NCBI RefSeq assembly: GCF_000002075.1
Contig: NW_004797437.1
Span: 696,152-760,151, forward strand
Reading direction: 5' to 3'
Length of the DNA: 64,000 bases
Source of the DNA: Aplysia californica
Taxonomy: Eukaryota
In this document: positions 26,169-37,900 of the stretch, piece by piece
How positions within the stretch are numbered: position 1 is the stretch's first letter
How the letters are laid out: each line of letters opens with the position of its first letter
Notes under the pieces: model-generated
Databases searched by the model: none
Told to the model about the DNA's origin: nothing
Seen by the model: only the letters and a program-made list of their open reading frames with translations
Translations under genes and position numbers: made by a program

Positions 26169-28964
26169 CTGGAAAGGAGGAGCAATAGAATATTTAGCGA
26201 TACTGGTGTTTACAGCACTTGCAACACAATAAGGTCATATAAATGCTGAAGATTAGAGGCGTTACAAGATAGTAACAAACACAAAAAAGGAGGAGAGATC
26301 AGGATGATAGATGTTTGCCGACCTGCCCCTCTATGAACTCTAAAAATCAGGATTTCAGAGTGATAAATCAGGATCTCGAGAAAAAAATCGGGATCAATGG
26401 AAAATCAGTCATAAGGGCACTGGGGAGGGGTCACAGTTCCCTTTTATGAGGCAAGCGTACAAGACAAAACTTCTGCAGGAATAAGTTCACATTTGGGCCT
26501 CAAAATAGAGGGAAAAAACTGATAGAGAGCATGTACTCGAGTCAAGACTTGGATAGACAGAGGGAGTGCAGGTTGCAGTGATGCTGAAACTCTCGTATCA
26601 CAGCACAGCCAAGTGTCAAAACAATACCCCCATCCCCTCCCCCGGGTTAAGTCCCGAAAAACACCTCAACCAAAGCGACCAGTGGGAGTGAACTTTGTCG
26701 ACCCCAGCAGCCGACGGTCCCGACACACGCGCTACTCAGACGTACGGGGTCATGTCACGTGATGTGAACGAGTGTTTGAAAGTTCCACCACAGACAGGTC
26801 TTGATGATTGGCCTGACTGACCAGAACACGAACGAAGCTTGATTAATTTTAGACCCATGTCATAATTGTTACAATAATCAGGCCATCATCGGAAAATTCT
26901 GGGTAGGCCAACAAAAGTGAAAGGGGGAGGGGAGGAAGTGATTGGAAGGCACCACTTTGTGGACTGCTGGTCTCAGTGAAGGGTATACATGATTACAGTT
27001 CTTGCACCATACCTTAAAAATCTCCTTGTGAGCTGTGACGGCTTCGGTGACTTTTTTCTTCAGCTCTTGTAAGTCACTTAGCTCCTTGCTGGCCTCCTGC
27101 CTCCTCCCTTCAAGCCTGCAATGAAAATGTTCATTTGTCATTGCAAAGGTTTAATGTCCCTGAGGATGTCTAAGAGGTGGGACCTCAAAATTTCAAGCCC
27201 TTCTCCGATAGGACCAAGCCAAATAGGTGGAGAGAAATGTAGGGCTAGACTACCATGCATAGCGTTTATCTCATCTTGCCGTTCTGAACTGGATGACCTC
27301 GTGTGAGCGTGTGCTTCTGTCGCTTTGTTGTGTGTTGATGAAGCTGTGCCTTGTATTTGCTTCTGTGTTCAGTTACAATAGTGGAATTGACTGGAATTCT
27401 CAGTGATGATATGTCGTGTTATTAACGTGATTTTCTTGTGCGAGCTGTTCTAAACGGAAAACTACTGCTTTCCATAATTGATTTGCCCTTTTTAAAACCA
27501 GACTATAAGGATAAGTTATCAATGCAAAAGTGGCCATTTTGTTTAGTTTTAGTAAGAGTTTTACGGCACTTGCAACACAATAAGGTCATATATGCGCCAA
27601 AGATGTTACAAGAGAGTAATAAACACAAAAAAGGAGGAGAGATAAGGACGATAGATGTTCGATGGGAAAGACGGAATAAACCTCACCAGAGCACCCATCA
27701 ACCACCCACACATACAGACAGTGTCTTGTACAACAGACTTACAGACAGTGTCAAAGACTTACAGACGGTGTGCCTCCTTATAGTCCTTCTCCGCTTCTGT
27801 CCTAGCCGCCTCGAGTGCGGCTCTTTCAGATTCACGCTGTGCCAGATCTTGTTGCACCGACTCCATCTCACTGGAGACTGACTTTTTGTCCGAATGGATC
27901 ATCTGAAAGGAGAAGTCATCGGAGAACAAGAGCATTAATAACTTATCATTTGAATTGAAAACCTAGTATCTGACAAAAATCACGATTTTAAAAAAAAGTT
28001 TTCACCTATATGTTCTGTTCAAATTTTACTATTTCAATAACATTTGTATATTCCTTGAATATAAAGACAACTAATCTCCATTACTCCTGACTTTTCCTTT
28101 CGATACTCCAGGCTCCTTTTTACTGCTATCTTCATCCAAATCCCTGATCTTCAGGAAAGTAAACCACGAGACAGTCACTATCATAAGGTGTACATAGATT
28201 TTTTAATTCAAATGCTGTTTCCACTATTCCCACACTCAATAACCAACAATTCAGCCAGCTGACCCATTAAAAGCTGTTTATAACAAGGGAGCCTGCAAGC
28301 TGTTCAAAATCTGATCATTTGAATTTTCTGATCCCTAGGCTCTCAGTATGAAACATTTTCTAACATTACTTATTTGTCAATACTACCTGTTTGACAGAGT
28401 TGATTTCTCCCTCCAGGCTTGCCAACTTTTTCTCCTGTTGAACCATTTGCTCCGTTTGTTCGTGCACAGACTCTTCCAACTACAAAAGATGAAAGTAGAT
28501 ATTAGTAGTGAACACAAGAGTAGAACAATCAGTAACACCATAAACAACTGAAGTACACACGAGTCTGAAAACCTGCAAAAAAAAAGTCCTGCTGTTTCCA
28601 AACCAAAATCTAGTTAACAAGGTAGGCCAATACAAACCCACCAATAGAATAAGCTGTATTAATGAGTCACAATATTGTAGTTCTTTACGCGAAAGAAGCA
28701 GCAGAATAGTGTTTATTCATAATGGTAACATAAAGTTACATGAAGAACACTTGTGAAAAGAAAGAAAAAAAATGTCAGATTTTCTTAAAGGGTTTCAATA
28801 AAGAGATGCACATTGATACGATTACAACCATGTATTGCAGGGAAAAAGCAAAGCAGACAAGAAAAAGTAGGACCTATCAGTGGTGACCTACAAACTCTCA
28901 AATTTCTATAAAAAAATGTCCAGAAACCATTCGGAAGTAAATAACCTTTGATTTCTCCCTCCCT

Positions 28965-28995
<31 letters not shown>

Positions 28996-31900
28996 TAAAC
29001 AAAACCAGGACAAAATAAATGGGAGAACTTTGTTCAGATAACATTATCACTTTCCCGTCCAGAGAGTTTTTCCACGTTTGTGCCTAGCCATCATCTTGTA
29101 CTGAGAATGAGAGGTAGGAAAAGGCTAAATACGAGAATGATTTCATCCCACCAATTTAGACCAATACATGTTTGCAATGTGAGGTTTAGACAACAGTTTG
29201 CATTGAAATATTTCATGGTGTGAATCTGATAGACCTTGAACACCCAGAGTTGAGCCATTGAACATCAACAATATATATAGCAGACTGGCATGGAAAGAGT
29301 CTACTGATCAGCAAAATGTAAGTAGGAAGCAACAAAATCAGTCTGAGATATTACCTTCTCCAATTCACATTGCAGCTGGAACATTTCCTTGTCCTTCCTC
29401 CGCGCCTCTTCCATGCACTCGTTCTTAATGGATTTGAGCATCGGCTGTGGAAGACAAGAAATTGAGTTTGAGTAAAAAGAAAGATGGACAGATAGAAAGA
29501 ATATAAGGGGGTAAAAAATAAAGGACCTACCAATGGCGCTCTCTGAACAACTCACTAGCTATAAGTCAAGAGAAGAAAAAAACCAACTTGGAGAAACTTT
29601 AGACCAGACACTATACCGCGAATGAACTGGGCAAAGATTACAGAAACTCAGAGGTATTGATAAGAACATGAAATATAGGATTAGCATTGTAGTAAAAGCA
29701 CAAGAAAAGTTTATATTCTATTTACACACGAAACCTCATTTTTCCGGTTAGGTTAGGTTTTACTAGAGGTTTTACGGGGCTCGCAAATGCATAAGGTCAT
29801 ATAAATGCCAAGGGGTGGATGTCAACAGAGAAGTCCTTACAGGGAATCACACTCTGCTCCCCTCTTTAGCTTCAACAGCACAAAGTCTGCTTCGACGACT
29901 ATCAAGGCACCCCGGAAATAGCGGGTCACAAGAGTGTGACAAACACACAAAAGAAGTTAGAGTAAAAAATGACGATAGTAAGGATTGGGAAAGAAAAAGC
30001 GGCAGTTCTCTGTTGCAGTTCAGGCAGTTATGAGCAAGACATCGATGGATCAGCCCATTTACAATTCTCTGTGCATAAGAACAGGTTAATATCCCCCCTT
30101 TGGGAATGGCCTAAACTTAAGCGTAAAGACACTTCAGTCAGTAGCACCGCCCCGGGGTAGGGGTGGGGGTATTTTCCTGTTATGAATCCTATCAAGTTAC
30201 AAAGAATTTATAATTTAAATACACAAAGATAAAACGTAAAAAGCACAACTGTATTCTTAATTGAAAATGGTGGAACTGTATGATGCACAATACTCCAAAC
30301 TTTTTAAGCAATGTGCAAAATCAAGGTAAACACAACAACCCCTCCCCAACCTGCAGTTGATCCAGAGCGACTGGGAGCAAGTTTTCTCTCAGTTGACTCA
30401 AAAGAGTGAGTAAACAGAGACTTTTGAGAAAAGGTGAAAAGAGATAAAGAAAGAAATTTATAACAATAGTCCAAACCTTGATGGTGCTTTCAAATTTGCC
30501 TACAATATCAGCACTGAAGCCAGCAAACAGCCGGAAGTCGATGCCGTTGGCAAGTTCTGCAGTCTCGGGCACCAGTTTCAACACGATGGCTAGTCTGTTA
30601 TATGTTGCCACTTCATTCTCAACCTGGTGGGTAGAAAACATACAAATACCAAGTGGTTAGTGAGCTTAGGCTCGCAACAAGGGTCAAGTGGTCACTGGGT
30701 GTGTCCTTGTGCAAGACATACATACCTGTTGTTATTGCTATGTTACAATGGTGTCCGCCTAACAGCAAACTCCTTAATAGGAAGCAAGCCTTGGTTGCTT
30801 TCAGGATGAGGTTGCTGCATACAGAATTTTCCAAAGGGGGTATCTAGCCCCCCATTTTTTATTTTTCAGCTTGCCACAACCGACGACCATGGGAAATGTT
30901 ACATCCAGAATCTAGATATCAGAGTGAAACTTTTTTTGTGAATGGCAAATTACCCTCAGTACTAGTATTGGTACCGGGGTGGCTACCTCAATTTTCTGTG
31001 CATTTTAAAAACTTTTGTACATTGGTTTATATTTTTTTATGAAACTGGTTTGTTTCTAAATGGGACAAGTCAAAGTAACTTACTAAAATTTCAAGATCTC
31101 TTGTTCTTTTATTCACTGAAGGAGAAATAAAACAGATTTGTTCCTACTAGTACAGAAGTATGAGGTTGAATGTGCCCCACCCCCCTATTGATTTTGGACC
31201 ACTTGTCCACACCCCCCTTTTATTCGATACTTTAGAGTGGCAGCATAGTAGATGAGGTTCCACAAGAGTGTGTCCTTCCTTTCAAGTAAACAGATGCTCA
31301 ATCAGGGCTCCCCTTTACGCACAAATGTGCATATATTACACATTAAACCTGCAGATTACCCCCCTTTAAGTTTTGGTTGTGCGTGAGCTTTACTCTTTAT
31401 AATTTATAATTTCATTTTGGGGGTTTGCATACGCTTTAAAACGTAGGTGGTGTGCGTCTGGCAAGCATCATTTCCCCCTTCTCTTTCCAAAAGCCGAGTC
31501 AATGATTTGACGACACACCCACACACATGAACGACAGTCACCTTCTGTGTCAGAAGAAGTCTACTAGTTGAGCTACTTATTCAGCAGCGCGCAGTTTCCA
31601 GCAACACAGGCATGCTTCAGCACAGAAGCTCCGCCCACATTCTGGTCGCTCACATTTCCCAGTGTTGTGCCTTGAGTTAACCCCTGCCGTGAGATTACCC
31701 CCATCCTTCTTTAACCCACTAGTAAACATGAATTGTCCGTCTTCGAAAGTGTGGAAAGACTGGAATGCGAACCCTGGGATGGCTTTGAAGAATAATGAAT
31801 CAGTTTATATTCCAAACCTGTCACTAATCCCTGCCCTAAATCTCAAGCATCCCGATTTTCCCCATTTTGATCTGCGTGTACTCTGATTTTTTTGTTAAAT

Positions 31901-34900
31901 TTTTTGTTCCGCCTGTTGCGCCGGATTTTTCTAAAATATTACTCTTGCCTTCTTTTCTGTCGTGGGAAGCACTCGTTAAACTTTTTGTCACCAAAAACTT
32001 GGGGCACTTTTTTCCAAAATGTCTATGTCGAATTTAGTAGTTGACTCACCAAAAGTTGTCTTGAATCTTTGCTCACACGTGTTATTTCAACTATAATGGA
32101 TTGAAAGTAGTAGTGATTTGGCATTCCGACTTAAGACATTCTCAAGATATACTTTCGCCAAAACATGCTTTGTCCAGTTTTGGTTAGTCGGGCCCGTCAT
32201 CAAGACCCGTCAGTAAAACTGTTTCAATCGTGCGTTTGCACCACGTGACAAGACTTGGCGTGTGAGTTCCGCGTGTGTCGGGGACCGTCATTGACAGGGT
32301 CAATTTAAGTTCTTGCACACTGATTGAAGAGTCTTTCTGGACTTATCCGAGGGGGGGGNNNNNNNNNNNNNNNNNNNNNNNNNNNNNNNNNNNNNNNNNN
32401 NNNNNNNNNNNNNNNNNNNNNNNNNNNNNNNNNNNNNNNNNNNNNNNNNNNNNNNNNNATCATCATCATCATCATTATCATTGCGTTTTTCACCATCCAC
32501 CAGGATATCTGCCACAAACAAACACCTTCCAGCCCCCCTCTCTTGGGCTTCCCTCTTGATGTTATTCCACGTGTTCCCAGTTGTCTGTACATCCAGTCTA
32601 CGATCTGTCACAATTATTGACACCCTCTCGCTTCTCAGTTTGTGATGACGTCATCTGTTTCTTCCACCAGTTGTGATGACGTCATCTGTTTCTTCCACCA
32701 GTTGTGATCGTCTGCTGCTGCCACGACTTCCGGGTGCCCAGAACGAGACATGAAATAGAAGAGAATTACCGGAAGTGCATGATGAACAAACAATACCTCC
32801 AGATCCTGGAGAGGAGGCCCGACGAGCTGCTTAGGAAGCAGCCAGGTAAGTTATAGGGGGTGTGTGCGTGTAAAACACTTGGACTAGGAGACCTTGACAG
32901 GATACTTCAGGATAAAAAAAAGATAAAAAACACACACACAGGCGCACGCACGCTCACACACATACACCACACACACACACGCGCGCAGAGGGAATATACA
33001 GTGGAAACCTAATATAACAGGGATAGCGGGACCAGAGAAAAAGTCCTGTTATATCAGATCCCTGCTAAATCAGAAAAGCAAGGGAAGTAAGCAATTGTGG
33101 GCTAATCCAGCTGTATTTATTCCCATGGCCTGCGCATGCCACATTACGCGTGCGTGTTGCTAGGTTTAGGGCTAGATCTAAGTCTACAGCACACCGCAAC
33201 CCCCTCTCGCTTCACCCGCTGTGGGTGTCTGTCCCTCTCTCTTACTTTTTACACATTGTTAAGGAGCCTGTCTCCCTGCTATAACCGATTGGGCTCCGAT
33301 GAGGCCCTGTTATTGCTGATAACTTTTAACAGAGACAAAGAGTAGGAAAAAAACGGGGATATAAAAAATCCCTGTTATTACCGGATCCCTGTCATTACCG
33401 GGCCGGTTATATAAATATATGGTTTCCACTGTACATGGATATAGTAATGGACACCCCTGGAATTTCGTAAAGTCAGCTTGGCAGTGACCTAAGTGATTTG
33501 TCGTTGATCCCAATTTTTTTCCCCACTGAGATCCTGACTTTTAGATATCACAGAGTGGCAGGTCTATTTTTCTTGGAGTATTATAGTCGGAGTTGACCCC
33601 TTTTGGTTTGTCAACTTTATTTCATTTTTGATAGACTCAACTGCTCAACCACTACCACTCTTCCCCCCTCCAAATGGACACAACTGTAATTCTAGTCAAT
33701 ATTACTCATTTATTTTTTAAGTTGATTAAAATCGTTAGCATTCAATCATAGTCATGGTCACTCTATGTGTGTCTGTGCGAATATGCTTGTGAGTAAAATG
33801 TTTGCAAGCAAAACAAATCTTACGATAAAATTATGAGATATTGACTCTTACCCTTTAAGTTTCTAAAACAAGGGTTTAAATACCCCTTAAAATAGTACAC
33901 CGAAGGGTGAAGGAACCTCTTAAATTGGCCTGAAAAGGGGAGCCCTGTCAATGACAGCTAAGATGTTACAATGTTATGCATGGTGGCCAAGACCTCCCCC
34001 CAAAGCCGGAGACTCTCAGGGCACATCCAAACACACTTACACATACTTACCTTTTCATTGACGTTGGACATATCCATGGACACCTTCCAGTTATCCGCAT
34101 CAATTTCCTCCACTTGCTTTTGCACCATCTCCACCTGCAGACGCAGACGAGCTTGCTCAGCCTTGAGACGGTCCACGTCGGAGGGGGTCAGGTCCTGGCA
34201 CTGGTAGATCATCTGCATCTCCGCCACACGCGCTTTCTCGGACTCCAGATCAGAGCCTGAGGGGGGTAAAAGCACACGGGCATCTCAGTAATTTAAATTT
34301 AAAACTAGAACTTAATTGCTATTACAAACACGATTTCACACAATATGGAAAAATAAACAATTTCTCATTCTCAATTTAAAGGGATCTTGCCCGTGAGATT
34401 GCTGCTGTAAATCTTTTTGTATAAATTATAAATATTTGGAGGGATAGACAGAGGACAAATTTCTTTAAAATTTGAAACTGTTTACTTCAACAAATGGGCT
34501 CTGGTTTTTCAAGTGTGGTCCCCAACAGTAACATATAAAAAAAAGACTCCTACTGCTTTTCTGGGGAACCCAGAGCGTAAGAATATTGTAGCAGCTAAAA
34601 AACTCTGAAGAACTGCACATTTTCATTTCACACTTTACTCAGCCTCATTATGAAACATTTTTACAGCTGTTTTCACCCCCGGGGCGGTGCCACTGACTGA
34701 AGTGTCTTTAAACCATTCCCAAAGAGGGGACATTTCTCGTTCTAATGCACATTAGAATTGTAAATAGGCTGATCCAACAATGTCATGCTCATAACTGTAC
34801 CTGAACTACAACAGGGAACCGCTGCTTTTTCTTTCCTAATCCTTACTATCGTTATTTTCCTCTACTTGTTTTGTATGTTTGTCACACTCTTGTGACCCGA

Positions 34901-37900
34901 TATTTTCAGGGTGCCTTGATAGTCGAAGGAGGCTTTGTGCTGTTGAAGCTAGAGAGGTGAGCAGAGTAAGCCTGATTCCCTGTAAGGACTTCTCAGTTGA
35001 CATCCACCCCTTGGCGCCCGTATGACCTTATGCAGTTGCAAGCGCCGTAAAACCTCTACTAAAACTAAACAACTGTTTTCTCTAAACTTATTTTTTTATC
35101 ATTATGCTATTTGAAGTGCTCAAGAAAAGTAAATCTTTTGAAATGAGCACCAAAAAAAATCAATTTTGAAAATGTTAATCTTCTGACAAGTTTTCTTAGA
35201 GCTACTCACAAATAAAAAATGGTGAAATGGTACAGGTTTAACGTCTCTAACAACACTATGAGCTTATTTAAGACGCGGTACCTCCCAGTTAAATGTCCAT
35301 TTCCAAAAGGACAGAGCCAAATAAGTTTTGTATAAAGTGCCTTTCCAGGACACAACATCAGACCAATCTGGGGCTAGAACCCCTGAGTCCGCAATCTTAC
35401 AATTATGGGTCCGGTACTGTAAGGTATCGAATACCCCCCCCCTTTAATAGTTTTAATTTATTTTGCCCCCCCCCCCCCCCCCCATTTCATGCTCCCCGTT
35501 AATTTTTTTCCAGCTTGTCACGACCTACGATCATGTGAAACATATCTAGAATCTAGATATCTGAATGAAACTTCTTTTTTTTGTGTGTAAATGGCAAATT
35601 ACCCTCAGTATTAGTACCGGTACCGGGTTGCTACCTCCATTTTCTGTGCATTTACGTTTGTACATTGGTTTATATTTTCTTATGAAACTGGTTTGTTCGA
35701 AAAATGGGAAAAGTCACAGTAGCTTACTAAAATCACTAAAATTTCACGATCTCTTGTCCTTTTATTCACTAAATGAGAAATAAAGCAGATATGCTCTTAA
35801 TAGTAGGGGTATAAGGTTGAATGTGCACCCCTCCCCCTCCGTTTATTAATTTTGGACCACTTGCCCCCCACCCTATTCGATACCTTACGGTAGGCTACCA
35901 ACGCCACCACTCATAAATAGAAAACAAACACAATCAGCCCACCTATGAGCATAGAAATGCATTATGTTGAATTACTGTCTCATAGCGCGACTAAGCTTGC
36001 CACCTCCAAACTAACATCACAGGACCACTCACTCAGCATTTTGCACGACTCTTCGCACTCGCTGAGCTCTGTGCTCACGGATCTCTTGAACTTTTCCAGG
36101 TTTTCCAAGTACTGTAACGTGGTCTGCTCATCCTGCTTGAGGCAGGCAATTCCCTCACGAAGCTTCAGAATCCACTCCTTAAGACGAAAAAAGATGTAAC
36201 AGAGAAATTTAAGACAATTGGACCACAAATTTCACTAGAAAAAAAAATTAAAATTAAAATTATGAATTAATCAAAAAGTACCCGTACCTCTCCCTAAAAA
36301 AAATTGTGAAAGAAGTATAAACATTGTTGGAACAAAGGGCATGACAAAGTGTTGACATGGCCTTTAAAAAATGGAAATAGCTCTTGACGCCGGTGTTTGT
36401 GGTGCAATGTTTGGCTCCTTGCCTTGGTAAACAAAAGACATGAGTTCAATTCCCATATGAAGAAGTTCATGCTAAACAGTTTCTTCATCCGTCTGCTGGG
36501 ACGATTCAACATTTTACCATCTGGCCTTACAATCTATCGATATGGCAGTCCTTGGTTTGTCCTCTGCACCTAAGAACATGAGAAAAGGTCACTGACAAGC
36601 AGTCTGCAAAGTTAAATTTAATATGTCTATAACCCCAGCAAAGTATTTCGAGAGGTGTCCAATTACCACAAAAACAAACAATTTAGCAATGCCAATCGGG
36701 CTTTCCTGTGCGGCGAAAATTTGGTCCCCGTTTGCGGGTGAATTTTTGGACTGTAGCATAAGAGACTAACTTTCTCAACCTCTGTCTGCACTATTTCTGG
36801 ACCAATGTCAATGATATGTGGACGTTGAAGTTTTTACTTACTCTGCTTACATTAGCTATTATCCTCTTTGCATAATTTTTTTGGGGTGCAAAAACTACCC
36901 ATCACTGGCAACTGTTGTTTTGGTCAACCGCCAACCTGGTAAAATTTTCCTACTCTCACCTCATTTTGCTCCACAAGCTCCAACTCACTCTCCAACCTAC
37001 GGTTTTCCTCAACCATAGACTCCATGTTTTCACCCTGATACTTCTGCTCTGAAACACGCAGAAAAATGCACATGCAAATAATTTAAAAATGAAAACAAAC
37101 ATTACAAATCAAGCACCATTGCTCTCTCAGAAAAAGGTACAAGCATCATTTTCCAGTAACTGATCACTGACATGGTTCTCATGCTAAGAAAACACAGAAC
37201 ATTCCACTCAGCAGCTTTCAAACTTTTGCTTCTACGCACTTGAACTCTCCCCCCCTCTCAACAAACAAACAAAAAACAAGCAACACACACAAAAAAAACA
37301 ACCAGTATGACTCTTGTGATAACAAGTACTTTTTCTTTTTGTACACATTTACACATGGGGGTCAGATTCAATTTTTAAACTGTGACGGTCTTCAGTAAAA
37401 TATCCAGTGACCCGCACACGGTCTTCAGTAATATGTCCAGTGACCGGTACAATCTCTCCTGGAGAGAAACAACGAAACAAGGGTTGGCCAAATCTCCTCT
37501 CAAACTTTTGGGTGTTTTCTTAGTTTGGTTTTAGTACAGCTTTTACGGCGCTCGCAACTGCATAAGGTCATATGAGCGCCAGAAGATTAGAGGTGTTACA
37601 AGAGAGTAACACACATAAAAAAGAACAAGGGAAGATAAGGACGATAGATGTTTGATAGGAAAGAAGGAGCAAACCGCACAAGAGCACCCGCCAACCACCC
37701 ACGGGGTGTTTTCTGAAGGTCTAAAGGACATGCTCAGCTGTCTGTTTGGTTTCTCTGCTAGGGCAAGGCAGCCAATAAGTAAGTTTGCCCTATCTGTGTG
37801 ATGTTTTACAGTTGAGTTTTAGTAAAGAGAAACACATCGAAACAATAATAGTCACATAGTGCAGGGAAGAAGCAAGACAGATAGACAGAAACTACAGAGG

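Noticed and set aside
32901-32930. Lys-rich next exon for the TMIE-like gene
   Set aside because: The intron would be only ~55-65 nt and the frames stop almost at once; not convincing.
36388-36452. tRNA-like sequence (TGGTGCAATG..GAGTTCAATTCCC)
   Set aside because: Does not fold into a cloverleaf; probably a decayed SINE head.
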